Program-made: the position numbers and the translations under genes
The notes under the pieces: generated by a model
What the model saw: the letters and a program-made list of their open reading frames with translations, nothing else
What the model was told of the DNA's origin: nothing
The model's database searches: none
Shown: positions 1 through 11,070 of the stretch, piece by piece
How the letters are laid out: the number at the start of each line of letters is the position of its first letter
Numbering within the stretch: position 1 is the stretch's first letter
From: an uncultured Chlorobiaceae bacterium
GTDB lineage: Bacteria; Bacteroidota; Ignavibacteria; UBA10030; SZUA-254
Assembly: GCA_964410105.1 (NCBI GenBank)
Contig: CAYPFY010000001.1
Location: forward strand, 20,718-84,717
Length of the DNA stretch: 64,000 bases
Reading direction: 5' to 3'

Positions 1-1
1 T

Positions 2-3000
2 CCGGGCGCATCTTTCCCGAACCGGATCTCCGCTTCGGTCAATGGCGGGGGTATCACGGTCAATAGCGTCACATACACGGATCCGACGCACGTGACGCTT
101 AATATCACCCTTTCCCCGTCAGCCTTGAATGGTGCTCGGACCGTCACGGTGACAGATCCTGATAATCAATCTGCCACGAGCGCATCCGGAATACTTACGG
201 TGACGGGGTCCACATGTCCGTCCATCACTCTTTCCCCTTCGACGCTGCCGGGCGGCTCGGCCGGAATTCCCTACAACCAGACTATCGCCGCGAGCGGCGG
301 TGTATCCCCCTACACGTTCACACTCACAAGCGGCGCGCTTCCCGTGGGCCTCACCCTCAGCTCCGGGGGAGCGCTTTCCGGAAGCCAGCCTCATGGCGGC
401 GTTTTCAATTTTACGGTGCAGGCCACCGATCACAATGGCTGCACGGGGACGCTCGCCTATGCTCTCACGATCACGTGCCCGACGATAACTCTTTCACCTC
501 CCACGCTTCCCGGGGGCACGGTGGGCTCGGCCTACGACCAGACCGTTTCGGCATCGGGCGGCACCGGGCCTTACGCATTCTCCGTCACCTCCGGATCTCT
601 GCCGGCCGGGCTGAGCCTCTCGGCAGGAGGCATCCTCTCCGGAACGCCGACGACGAGTCTTACCTATAACTTCACAGTCTCGGCCCGGGATGCGGACAGC
701 TGTTCTGGAAGCTTGGGCTATTCCGTGACGATACAACCCGCTCCGCCTCCCACGGTCTCGCTGATCGATCTTGGATTGGCGTACGCGCAGGATTTCAACT
801 CTCTCGGCAATTCGGGCACACCCGGTATGAGCACGCTCCCCCGGGGGTGGGTCCTCAGTGAGTCGGGCGCGAATGCCGACACCACCTACGGCACCGGGAC
901 CGGCTCGTCGACGACGGGGAATACGTACAGCTTCGGCTCGGCCGCCAGCACCGAAAGAGCTTTCGGCGGCCTCCAGAGCGGGAACCTCGTCCCGACGATC
1001 GGCGCAGCGTTCACGAATAATACCGGATCGACTGTTACCGCGCTTTCACTCTCGTACACGGGTGAACAGTGGAGGCTCGGCACGGCCGGAAGACACGATT
1101 CGCTCCTCTTCCAGCTCAGCCTCGATGCTACGAGTCTGACGACAGGCACATGGACGAGCTATCCGCCCCTGAACTTCGCGGGGCCGGTCTCAACAGGCTC
1201 GACCGGCGCTCTCGATGGAAACTCTTCCGCCAACAGGACGGCGATCTCCTCGACTATCACCGGTCTCTCCATTCCCAACGGGTCAGTGTTCTATATCCGT
1301 TGGAACGATTTTAATGCGACAGGCGGCGATGACGGCCTCGCCGTCGACGATTTTTCGATCACTCCCTTTGCCGCGCCGCCTCCCACCAATCCCACGGCAT
1401 CCGGACAGGCAAGGCCTGACAGCGTCATATCGGGCGAACCCACGCTTCTCACGGTCAGCGTAACGCCGGGAGCGAACCCCGCGAGCAGCGGGATAGCGGT
1501 GACGGTGAACCTGAGCTCCGTCGGAGGTTCCGCCGCGCAGAATTTCTTCGACGACGGATCGCACGGCGACTCGGCCGCCGGAGATAACAGATTTTCCTTC
1601 CGTGATACCGTCATTGCCGCCCCGGGTCTAAAATCGCTGTCGGTGAGCGCGGCAGATTCGCAGGGGCGCAACGCCTCCGCGTCAATTACTCTGGTGGTGA
1701 AGCCGACGCCGACCAATCCGACCGCGAGCGGAAATGCGCATCCGTCGACCGTCGCCCCAGGCGTTCCGACGCTGCTGAGAGTGGCCGTGACGCCCGGGAC
1801 CAATCCGGCCAGCACGGGCATCACGGTGTCCGGAAACCTGAGCGCCATCGGCGGATCGGCGAGTCAAACCTTTTTTGACGACGGCTCGCACGGCGATTCG
1901 GCATCGGGGGACAATGTGTTTTCCTTTCGCGATACCGTCGACCTATCCACGCCTGCGGGTGGAAAGCTGCTTCCCGTCGCCGTGTCCGATGCCCAGGGAA
2001 GGAGCGGGTCCGATTCGATCGCTCTCACCGTGACGGGCCCGTGCCCGGCGATCTCACTCGGCCCCGACACATTGCCGAGGGGTCTGGCGACGGTTGCGTA
2101 TGACCAGGCGATCACTGCAAGCGGGGGAACGGGTCCTTACTCGTTCGAGATCGCCGCGGGGACGCTTCCCCAGGGCCTCTCCCTTTCTGCTTCCGGCGTC
2201 CTGGCAGGAATCCCTGCAGTGCCTGAAACTGCCTCGTTCACAGTCCGGGCAACCGACGATGTCGGCTGCAAAGGGTCAAGGCTGGATACGCTCATCATCG
2301 GGCCAAGCCCGACAATCACAGCGAAAATCCCGGTCGCCTCGAGGTGGAATCTTGTGTCAAATCCGGTGACGGTGACGAACGATTCCGTCTCCGCTCTGTT
2401 TCCGTCACGTGCGAGCAGCGCCTTCGGCTATAGTTTGGGAAGCTATCAGATCGCGACAAAATTCCGACACGGGTTCGGGTACTGGCTGAAATTCGGAGCT
2501 CCTGAGACGGCGATGATCACGGGGAACACGAGGATCTCCGATACGGCGGACGTCCAAACCGGGTGGAATATCCTCGGATCGATCTCGCAGAAAATCCCGG
2601 TCGCGTCGATCTCCGGCATTGGAACCAGTCTCAGGTCGCGGCTCTTCGGCTACGCCGGAGGTTATGTGCAGGCGGATACGATTCTTCCCGGATTCGGCTA
2701 CTGGGCAAAATTTGATTCGTCGGGGAAATGCGTCATCAGAACCGGTCCGTCACAATCCATATCCACGAAGCCTTCCGGCGCCGACGAATCCTCGCTCACC
2801 CGGCTGACAGTCACGGACGCCGGAGGATATAGCCAGACTCTCTTCATCGGGGTTTCGGAAAAGGACGATGATCTGCAAATTTTCGAGCTGCCCCCGACTC
2901 CGCCTCCGGGGATCCCCGATGTCCGTTTCGCCACGGAGCGCTCCGTTGATCTTTTGCCGAATGATTTTACGGGGAACGCGCGCCTGCTGATGAATTCGCT

Positions 3001-3439
3001 CGCGTACCCGGTGGAACTCCGCTGGGCCTCCGTCGAGATCCCGGATATCCAGTATACCGTAAGGGGCCCGAGCTTGCTCCGGAAGGTTTTGGCCGGCGAG
3101 GGGAGTCTCGTGATCGGAGATCGCTCGGTCACGTCGCTTATCCTCGAGGCGCGGGATCGCTCCCGTCTCCCCAAAAACTTTGAATTGTATCAGAACTACC
3201 CTAACCCCTTCAATCCGACGACGACGATCAGATTCGATGTTCCGCGAAAATCGGCGGTTTCTCTGATCGTGTATAATACGCTCGGGGAAAAAGTCGCGAC
3301 GCTCCTTGAAAACGTTACCGTGGACGAGGGGGAGCAGTCCGTAAAGCTGAATTCAGAAAAACTTTCATCGGGAGTATATTTTTACCGGCTCACCGCGGGG
3401 GAATTCACCCGGGTCCGGAAGATGCTCCTGATTCATTAG
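2..3439 (+). CDS. Surface protein with repeated Ig-like domains, internal tandem repeats and a T9SS (Por) C-terminal sorting domain. The gene is 5'-partial: frame 2 is open from base 2, so it starts upstream of the window.
   Basis: Recurrent SGGxxPYxFxxxxGxLPxGLxL...SGTP modules typical of putative Ig domains. Two tandem modules of about 105 aa (PTNPTASG...FFDDGSHGDSAxGDNxFSFRDTV). A second internal pair (GFGYWLKFG / GFGYWAKFD). The C-terminus NYPNPFNPTTTIRFDVP...VYNTLGEKV...SGVYFYRL matches the T9SS CTD. No stop codon lies upstream in frame. Confidence 0.8.
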   Translation, partial: PGASFPNRISASVNGGGITVNSVTYTDPTHVTLNITLSPSALNGARTVTVTDPDNQSATSASGILTVTGSTCPSITLSPSTLPGGSAGIPYNQTIAASGGVSPYTFTLTSGALPVGLTLSSGGALSGSQPHGGVFNFTVQATDHNGCTGTLAYALTITCPTITLSPPTLPGGTVGSAYDQTVSASGGTGPYAFSVTSGSLPAGLSLSAGGILSGTPTTSLTYNFTVSARDADSCSGSLGYSVTIQPAPPPTVSLIDLGLAYAQDFNSLGNSGTPGMSTLPRGWVLSESGANADTTYGTGTGSSTTGNTYSFGSAASTERAFGGLQSGNLVPTIGAAFTNNTGSTVTALSLSYTGEQWRLGTAGRHDSLLFQLSLDATSLTTGTWTSYPPLNFAGPVSTGSTGALDGNSSANRTAISSTITGLSIPNGSVFYIRWNDFNATGGDDGLAVDDFSITPFAAPPPTNPTASGQARPDSVISGEPTLLTVSVTPGANPASSGIAVTVNLSSVGGSAAQNFFDDGSHGDSAAGDNRFSFRDTVIAAPGLKSLSVSAADSQGRNASASITLVVKPTPTNPTASGNAHPSTVAPGVPTLLRVAVTPGTNPASTGITVSGNLSAIGGSASQTFFDDGSHGDSASGDNVFSFRDTVDLSTPAGGKLLPVAVSDAQGRSGSDSIALTVTGPCPAISLGPDTLPRGLATVAYDQAITASGGTGPYSFEIAAGTLPQGLSLSASGVLAGIPAVPETASFTVRATDDVGCKGSRLDTLIIGPSPTITAKIPVASRWNLVSNPVTVTNDSVSALFPSRASSAFGYSLGSYQIATKFRHGFGYWLKFGAPETAMITGNTRISDTADVQTGWNILGSISQKIPVASISGIGTSLRSRLFGYAGGYVQADTILPGFGYWAKFDSSGKCVIRTGPSQSISTKPSGADESSLTRLTVTDAGGYSQTLFIGVSEKDDDLQIFELPPTPPPGIPDVRFATERSVDLLPNDFTGNARLLMNSLAYPVELRWASVEIPDIQYTVRGPSLLRKVLAGEGSLVIGDRSVTSLILEARDRSRLPKNFELYQNYPNPFNPTTTIRFDVPRKSAVSLIVYNTLGEKVATLLENVTVDEGEQSVKLNSEKLSSGVYFYRLTAGEFTRVRKMLLIH
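1378..2035 (+). repeat. Intragenic tandem duplication, two copies of about 320 nt each, encoding the PTNPTASG...DDGSHGDS modules of the adhesin
   Basis: Protein-level repeat APPPTNPTASGQARPD...LVVK followed by PTPTNPTASGNAHPS...LTVTGP. The matching nucleotide runs (ccaccaatcccacggcatccgga versus cgaccaatccgaccgcgagcgga) are diverged. Confidence 0.6.
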
Positions 3440-3576
3440 TCTGTCGGCTGCTCCCGGGCCTTCCGGTCGCCGGCGTAACGAGTGGGAAGATGCGGGAGCT
3501 TTCGTGAAGTGACCTCACGAGCCCGGATGTCACGTGCGCATCCCTGTTGTCTGATTTTCCCCCAACCCCTTAGGAT

Positions 3577-3605
3577 TTGACAGTTATCAGCATTCTCCTT
3601 ATGTT
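3577..3605 (+). promoter_or_regulatory. Putative sigma-70 promoter TTGACA-17-TATGTT upstream of the BNR protein gene
   Basis: ttgaca gttatcagcattctcct tatgtt lies about 40 nt upstream of the ATG at 3645. Confidence 0.4.
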
Positions 3606-3644
3606 CCCCGTAGTTTCCCCCACATTATCAGGGAGTTTTTCCCC

Positions 3645-6600
3645 ATGAGGTACCTGCTCGCATCGTGTGCTCTCCTTATTCTCCCCGTTCACGCGGGGGT
3701 AGCGGCTGACGCTCAGGATTCCAAGAAATCCGATAACACGATGTCATCGGACATTTTTTCGGGAATTCAACTCAGATCAATCGGACCCGCTCTGACGTCG
3801 GGGAGGATATCCTCGATCGCCGTCAATCCCGCGGACCATAGCACGTGGTATATCGCCGCCGCTTCGGGTGGGGTATGGAAAACAACGAATTGCGGCACAT
3901 CCTGGACCCCGCTCTTCGACCACGAGGGATCGTATTCGATCGGGACCGTGGCGGTGGACCCCGCCAATCCCTCCGTCGTATGGGTTGGCAGCGGGGAGAA
4001 CAACAGCCAGAGGAGCGTGTCGTACGGCGACGGTGTCTACCGGTCTGAGGACGGCGGGAAGTCATGGAAAAATATGGGGCTCAAGCGGTCGGAGCATATT
4101 GCGAGAATCCTGATTGACCCACGGAACACAAATGTCGTTTATGTCGCCTCTCAGGGCCCCCTCTGGGGACCCGGGGGGGACCGGGGTCTCTATAAGTCGA
4201 CCGACGGCGGAAAAAACTGGAACGCGATTCTCACCATCAGCGAGAATACGGGCGTGACCGACCTCGTGATGGATCCGAAGAATCCTGATGTCCTGATCGC
4301 GGCGGCGTACCAGAGGAGGAGGCATGTCTGGACCTTGATCGACGGCGGCCCGGAATCGGCGATCGAGAAAACGACCGACGGCGGCAAGACCTGGACAAAA
4401 CTATCTTCCGGCATTCCAGCTGTGGATCTGGGGAGGATAGGACTGGCGATATCGCCGTCAGATTCCCGCGTGGTCTATGCCCTCATTGAAGCCGCGAACA
4501 AAAAGGGGGGAATATTCCGGTCGACGGATGCGGGATCAAGCTGGGAGAAGCGGAACGATTTCGACGCGTCCGCCATGTATTACGGTACGATAGTCGCCGA
4601 TCCGAAGAATGTGGATCGCCTCTACGTCATGAATACGATTCTTCAGGTGTCGGACGATGGGGGAAAAACCGTCCGCGCCCTGGGCGAGAAATCGAAACAT
4701 GTCGACAACCATGCCATGTGGGTCGAGCCGGAGAACTCGAACCATTACCTGGTCGGATGCGACGGCGGTCTCTACGAGAGCTACGACCGCGGTCAGAACT
4801 GGGATTTTAAACGCAATCTTCCGATAACGCAGTTCTACGACGTTGACGTCGACAATGAATCGCCGTTTTACAATGTGTATGGAGGGACGCAGGACAATTT
4901 CTCGCTCTGCGGTCCCTCGAGGACCCGCAGCGCCTCAGGGATCGTCAATGCGGATTGGATCGTCACGACCGGCGGCGACGGCTTCCAGTCCCGTATCGAC
5001 CCGGAGGATCCCGCAATCGTCTACGCGGAGAGCCAGTACGGGGGACTGGTGCGTTTCGACAGAAGAACAGGGGAACAGATCGGCCTCCAGCCGCAGCCCG
5101 CAGCGGGGGAGGAGCCCTTGCGGTGGAACTGGGACTCCCCCATGATCATCAGCCCGCACCTTCATACGCGTCTTTACTTTGCCGCGAACAGACTGTTCCG
5201 CAGCGACGACCGTGGAGATACCTGGAAGGCGATCAGCGGCGACCTCACGAGGCGCATCGACCGTAATTCTCTCCCGGTGATGGGGAAGGTTTGGGGGGTT
5301 GACGCCGTGGCGAAGAATGCCTCAACCTCCTTTTACGGCAACTGTACAGCGCTCTCCGAATCTCCGTTGAAAGAAGGACTGCTCTATGTCGGAACGGACG
5401 ACGGCCTGATTCATGTCACGGAGGATGGCGGCGCCACATGGCGGAAGATAGAAACATTCCCCGGCATCCCCGAGAAAACATACGTCAGCCGGATCCTTGC
5501 GTCACGAAATGCCGAACAGACGGTGTATGCCGCCTTCGATCACCACAAGGGCGAAGATTTTGCCCCCTATGTCCTGAAAAGCACAGACGCCGGTCGTTCG
5601 TGGGTCTCGATCAAGGGAGATCTTCCTTCGAACGGCCCGGTCCTGGCCCTCGCGGAGGATTCCCCGGACCTCCTGTTTGCGGGCACGGAGTTCGGCCTTT
5701 TCTTCACGCCGAACGGGGGGGAGAAATGGATTCAGCTCAAAGGGGGTCTCCCCACGGTGGCGGTCCGGGATCTCGCGATCCAGCGACGGGAGAACGATCT
5801 TGTCCTCGCCACGTTCGGGCGGGGCTTTTATGTGCTCGACGATTTCACTCCCCTCAGGCATGCAAAGCCGGAGACTCTCCGCCAGGAGGCATCGATCTTC
5901 CCGGTCAAAGATGCCCTGATGTATATCCAGTCCCAGCCCCTGGGAGGGACGAAGAAAGCGTTCCAGGGAGAGTCGTATTTCTCCGTGCCCAATCCTCCCT
6001 TCGGAGCGACCTTCACCTTCTACCTGAAAGACGCTGTCAAGACGAAGAAGGAAAAGCGGCAGGAGGAGCAGAAGGATCTTGAGAAGAAGAACGCCCCGGT
6101 GCCGTACCCGACGCTCGATCAGTTGCGGGCGGAGGACGAGGAGGAATCCCCGGCAGTGTTCCTCACCGTGAGCGACACGACCGGCAGAGTGATCAGGCAG
6201 CTCTCGGGTCCCCTCGCGAAGGGTATCGCAAGAGTTTCCTGGGATCTTCGTTATCCAGCCCCCGTTCTCTCCCCGCCTCCGGCCGAGGGCGCGGATGAGC
6301 CCGATGGAGGCCCGCTCGTCATGCCCGGAACTTATCAGGTCAGCCTCTCCCGGCGACTTAACGGCGAGACGAAGCGACTCGCCGGTCCGCAAAGATTTGC
6401 CGTAGTAGTGGAGGGAAACCGCTCCATCAAGCCCGAGAATCGCCAGGCCCTTGCGGAATTTCAGCAGAAAGTATCGAAGCTCCATCGTGCAGTCAACGGA
6501 GCGGTCCAGACGGCCAATGAATTGAGAACCCGCCTCGGCCTCATCCGCCGGGCGCTGAAGGAGACCGCCGGGCCCGTGGAAGGGCTGATGACTGACGCGA

Positions 6601-6914
6601 GAACGATAGAATTGAAGACCAACGAAATCCTGAGAACTCTTTCAGGAGACGCAACGCTCCGCTCGCGAAACGAGATTTCTTCCCCGTCGATCAATGACCG
6701 CGTATCCAGTATCGAGGACGATGAGAGACTGTCGACCTCCCTTCCCACTGAAACTCACCGTGCGGCCTATAAGATCGCGGGGGATGAGTTCTCCCGGGTG
6801 CTGGAGAAACTGCATGCCCTTGTTACGGGAGACCTCGTCAAGCTGGAACAGGCCATGGAGGCCGCCGGGGCTCCCTGGACGACCGGGCGTGTGGTAGAAT
6901 GGAAGGGCGAATAA
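3645..6914 (+). CDS. Secreted BNR/Asp-box repeat beta-propeller protein (sortilin/VPS10-like or GH74-like glycosidase family)
   Basis: N-terminal signal peptide MRYLLASCALLILPVHAGVAA. At least 10 Asp-box motifs (SEDGGKSWK, STDGGKNWN, TTDGGKTWT, STDAGSSWE, SDDGGKTV, YDRGQNWD, SDDRGDTWK, TEDGGATWR, STDAGRSWV, PNGGEKWI). A helical C-terminal extension of about 350 aa. Confidence 0.6.
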   Translation: MRYLLASCALLILPVHAGVAADAQDSKKSDNTMSSDIFSGIQLRSIGPALTSGRISSIAVNPADHSTWYIAAASGGVWKTTNCGTSWTPLFDHEGSYSIGTVAVDPANPSVVWVGSGENNSQRSVSYGDGVYRSEDGGKSWKNMGLKRSEHIARILIDPRNTNVVYVASQGPLWGPGGDRGLYKSTDGGKNWNAILTISENTGVTDLVMDPKNPDVLIAAAYQRRRHVWTLIDGGPESAIEKTTDGGKTWTKLSSGIPAVDLGRIGLAISPSDSRVVYALIEAANKKGGIFRSTDAGSSWEKRNDFDASAMYYGTIVADPKNVDRLYVMNTILQVSDDGGKTVRALGEKSKHVDNHAMWVEPENSNHYLVGCDGGLYESYDRGQNWDFKRNLPITQFYDVDVDNESPFYNVYGGTQDNFSLCGPSRTRSASGIVNADWIVTTGGDGFQSRIDPEDPAIVYAESQYGGLVRFDRRTGEQIGLQPQPAAGEEPLRWNWDSPMIISPHLHTRLYFAANRLFRSDDRGDTWKAISGDLTRRIDRNSLPVMGKVWGVDAVAKNASTSFYGNCTALSESPLKEGLLYVGTDDGLIHVTEDGGATWRKIETFPGIPEKTYVSRILASRNAEQTVYAAFDHHKGEDFAPYVLKSTDAGRSWVSIKGDLPSNGPVLALAEDSPDLLFAGTEFGLFFTPNGGEKWIQLKGGLPTVAVRDLAIQRRENDLVLATFGRGFYVLDDFTPLRHAKPETLRQEASIFPVKDALMYIQSQPLGGTKKAFQGESYFSVPNPPFGATFTFYLKDAVKTKKEKRQEEQKDLEKKNAPVPYPTLDQLRAEDEEESPAVFLTVSDTTGRVIRQLSGPLAKGIARVSWDLRYPAPVLSPPPAEGADEPDGGPLVMPGTYQVSLSRRLNGETKRLAGPQRFAVVVEGNRSIKPENRQALAEFQQKVSKLHRAVNGAVQTANELRTRLGLIRRALKETAGPVEGLMTDARTIELKTNEILRTLSGDATLRSRNEISSPSINDRVSSIEDDERLSTSLPTETHRAAYKIAGDEFSRVLEKLHALVTGDLVKLEQAMEAAGAPWTTGRVVEWKGE

Positions 6915-6925
6915 AGGAGAGTTTT

Positions 6926-7108
6926 ATGGAAGAGCAAAAACAGGACGGGCCGATCATAGACGAGTATAAGGGGAATAAGATCCTGCTTCTGAACCCCGGG
7001 TCGCGGTTTCCCTTCTCGTTCGGCGTCGCGAAGGCTAAACTCATACTCCAGCACATCGATGACATCCGGAAATTTGTCCTGGAGTACGACAAAAAACCCC
7101 CCGCGTGA
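6926..7108 (+). CDS. Small hypothetical protein (60 aa)
   Basis: ATG preceded by aaggag with a 6-nt spacer. No overlapping gene. Sequence MEEQKQDGPIIDEYKGNKILLLNPGSRFPFSFGVAKAKLILQHIDDIRKFVLEYDKKPPA is not low-complexity. No homology recognised. Confidence 0.3.
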   Translation: MEEQKQDGPIIDEYKGNKILLLNPGSRFPFSFGVAKAKLILQHIDDIRKFVLEYDKKPPA

Positions 7109-7151
7109 TTCCGGCTGATCAGGAAAGACGCACGGCGGGGCGTTCCCGGGT

Positions 7152-8378
7152 ATGACGGGCCCTGACCACATTGCCGAATCATACGTGAAGCTGGTCCTCG
7201 CCGTCGGAAACCACGACGCGGACTATGTCGATGCGTATTACGGCCCGCCGGAGTTCAAGAACGAGCCGAAGATGTCCCTGCCGGCCATCGCCGAATCGGC
7301 AAACGGCCTCATCCGGGAACTCAGGTCCGTCGGCACTGACCGTCTCCCCGAACTCGAGCTTCTGCGTCACCGCTACCTTCTCAAGCAACTGGAGTCCCTT
7401 GCCGCCCGTGTCCGGCAACTCGGGGGGGAAAAAAAGACGTTCGACGAGGAGGCGGCGGCGCTCTATGACGCCGAGCCACCGAGCTTTCCGGAGGATCATT
7501 TCAAATCGGTTCTGAACGAACTGAGCGCGCTCCTTCCGCCCGGAAGGGCGGGTGAAACGGTGAGCACCCGCTTCGAGAGTTTTAAACGGGACTTCATCAT
7601 TCCGAAGGAAAAGCTGGACGCCGTTTTCCAGACTGCAATTTCGGAGTGCCGCGAGCGGACGAAGAAGCATATCGAGCTGGCTCCGAACGAGAATTTTATC
7701 GTCGAGTATGTCACCAACAAATCGTGGAGCGGATACAACTGGTACAAGGGAAACAATTTCAGCCTGATCCAGGTCAATACGGATCTTCCCATTTATATCG
7801 ACAGAGCCGTCGATCTCGCCGCCCACGAAGGCTATCCCGGCCACCATGTTTACAACTCTCTCTTAGAGTCCCACATGTACAGGAAGAGAGGGTGGGTGGA
7901 GTTCTCCGTTTATGCCCTGTTCAGCCCCCAGTCGCTGATCGCCGAAGGCACGGCCAATTACGGCATCGAGGTTGCTTTCCCGGGAAAGGACAGAATCGCG
8001 TTCGAATCGGAGGTCCTCTTCCCTGCAGCAGGGATGAACGCTTCTAAGGCGGATCTTTATTACAGGATACACGATCTGTTTGGGAAGCTGGCCTACGCAG
8101 GAAATGAATCGGCCAGGAAATATCTGAATGGAACGATATCCAGGTCGCAGGCGGCCGAGTGGCTCGTCACCTATGCCCTCATGTCGCCGGAACGGGCTGA
8201 ACAGAGGACCCGGTTTTTCGATTCCTACAGAAGTTACGTGATCAATTACAATCTCGGCCAGGACCTCGTGAGGAATTACATCGTCCGCCGGGGGGGGACT
8301 CCCGACCGGCCCGGAAAGAGATGGGAAGAGTTCAAGCTTCTTATCTCCTCGCCGCGGTTGCCGTCAGGGCTCCGCTAG
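7152..8378 (+). CDS. Hypothetical protein, possible metal-binding hydrolase (HEGYPGHH motif)
   Basis: 408-aa ORF with normal codon usage. AAHEGYPGHHVYNS motif. I cannot assign a family from memory. Confidence 0.5.
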   Translation: MTGPDHIAESYVKLVLAVGNHDADYVDAYYGPPEFKNEPKMSLPAIAESANGLIRELRSVGTDRLPELELLRHRYLLKQLESLAARVRQLGGEKKTFDEEAAALYDAEPPSFPEDHFKSVLNELSALLPPGRAGETVSTRFESFKRDFIIPKEKLDAVFQTAISECRERTKKHIELAPNENFIVEYVTNKSWSGYNWYKGNNFSLIQVNTDLPIYIDRAVDLAAHEGYPGHHVYNSLLESHMYRKRGWVEFSVYALFSPQSLIAEGTANYGIEVAFPGKDRIAFESEVLFPAAGMNASKADLYYRIHDLFGKLAYAGNESARKYLNGTISRSQAAEWLVTYALMSPERAEQRTRFFDSYRSYVINYNLGQDLVRNYIVRRGGTPDRPGKRWEEFKLLISSPRLPSGLR

Positions 8379-8382
8379 AAAC

Positions 8383-9207
8383 TCATCGGCGAGCGCCCAG
8401 GCTCCGCCTCTCTACCCGCTGTCCCTCAACCGCGGGAGCCGACGTTGATCTCTCGTCCCCGAACTTCCGCCGCCCTTCCGGTTTTTCCGGAGCTGGTGGA
8501 TTCGTCCCCCCGAGGGGTGCGGGGATTACAGTAACCGGGGCCGCGGGCGGGCAGACGGGCTGCGCGGGGAGGAGGATAGGCGCGGGGCTTGCGGTAACGG
8601 GGGAGGGTTCCTGCCAAGCCGGCTGGTCCTTGCTGAGGATCGGCCGCTCGTACAGACGCTCGTGATAAACCAGCCCCTCGATCGCATTATCTGCCATCCG
8701 CCGCAGCCATGCCCCGTCGGTGCTTCCGTCGTCAAACACGAGGGTGACGTTATCTCCGTCGATCCTGTAGAGTCCGGCAGTTTCCTGAGAATCATCGGAT
8801 GCCAGGCTGAACCGGCGGTCGCCGTCGAAGGTCAGCGTGGCACGAGGGCCCGTTTCCCCGCCCACAAGAAAGTCTCCCTCCAAAACTCTTTCATTGGGGC
8901 CCGGGCCTGATTGAGTGTAAATGAGCTCGCCATCCGGATAGGTGACGACCAGGCGGTTGTTGGCGATCCGCGCGAAGAGGGTATCGCTTTCTCTCCCGAT
9001 GGCTATATTTTCCCCCGAGGCCATATACGTTGACGGGTTATTGTCCACCAAAACCTCCCGGTCTGAAACGAACTCAAGGATTGACCGTTCATCGAAGGTA
9101 CGAAACTCCCACGAGCCGCGTAAAAGGGCGAGCATCCGGTCGCGGGTTTCCGCACGGAGAGTGATCGCCGTGAAGAGAAGGATGATGATGGAGAGCTTTC
9201 TTTTCAT
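8383..9207 (-). CDS. Secreted hypothetical protein with a Pro-rich C-terminus
   Basis: Signal peptide MKRKLSIIILLFTAITLRAE. C-terminus PAPILLPAQPVCPPAAPVTVIPAPLGGTNPPAPEKP. Confidence 0.5.
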   Translation of the reverse strand: MKRKLSIIILLFTAITLRAETRDRMLALLRGSWEFRTFDERSILEFVSDREVLVDNNPSTYMASGENIAIGRESDTLFARIANNRLVVTYPDGELIYTQSGPGPNERVLEGDFLVGGETGPRATLTFDGDRRFSLASDDSQETAGLYRIDGDNVTLVFDDGSTDGAWLRRMADNAIEGLVYHERLYERPILSKDQPAWQEPSPVTASPAPILLPAQPVCPPAAPVTVIPAPLGGTNPPAPEKPEGRRKFGDERSTSAPAVEGQRVERRSLGARR

Positions 9208-9417
9208 AAAACTGTGTGCCTTTCATCCGTACCAGCGCAAAAAAAGTGCCAGATCAAGAATCCATACCAAGCGGAAGCAGAAGGGCTTTCGGGCCTTGCT
9301 CCCCCGGTGTATCTGTGCCAAAAAGGCGACAATCCTGCACTCTTGATGGCTCCATTTTGAAACAGATGATTTGAAAAAGGCGCCGGATTTTGTATCTTAA
9401 AGAAAAATTAGTGGGGT

Positions 9418-11067
<1,650 letters not shown>

Positions 11068-11070
11068 GCA

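Noticed and set aside
119-1891. Multiple overlapping ORFs of 60-185 aa on both strands inside the adhesin gene (for example 1291..1848 minus, 214..669 plus)
   Set aside because: Arg/Pro/Gly-rich translations typical of spurious frames in GC-rich DNA. All lie fully inside a well-supported repeat-domain CDS.
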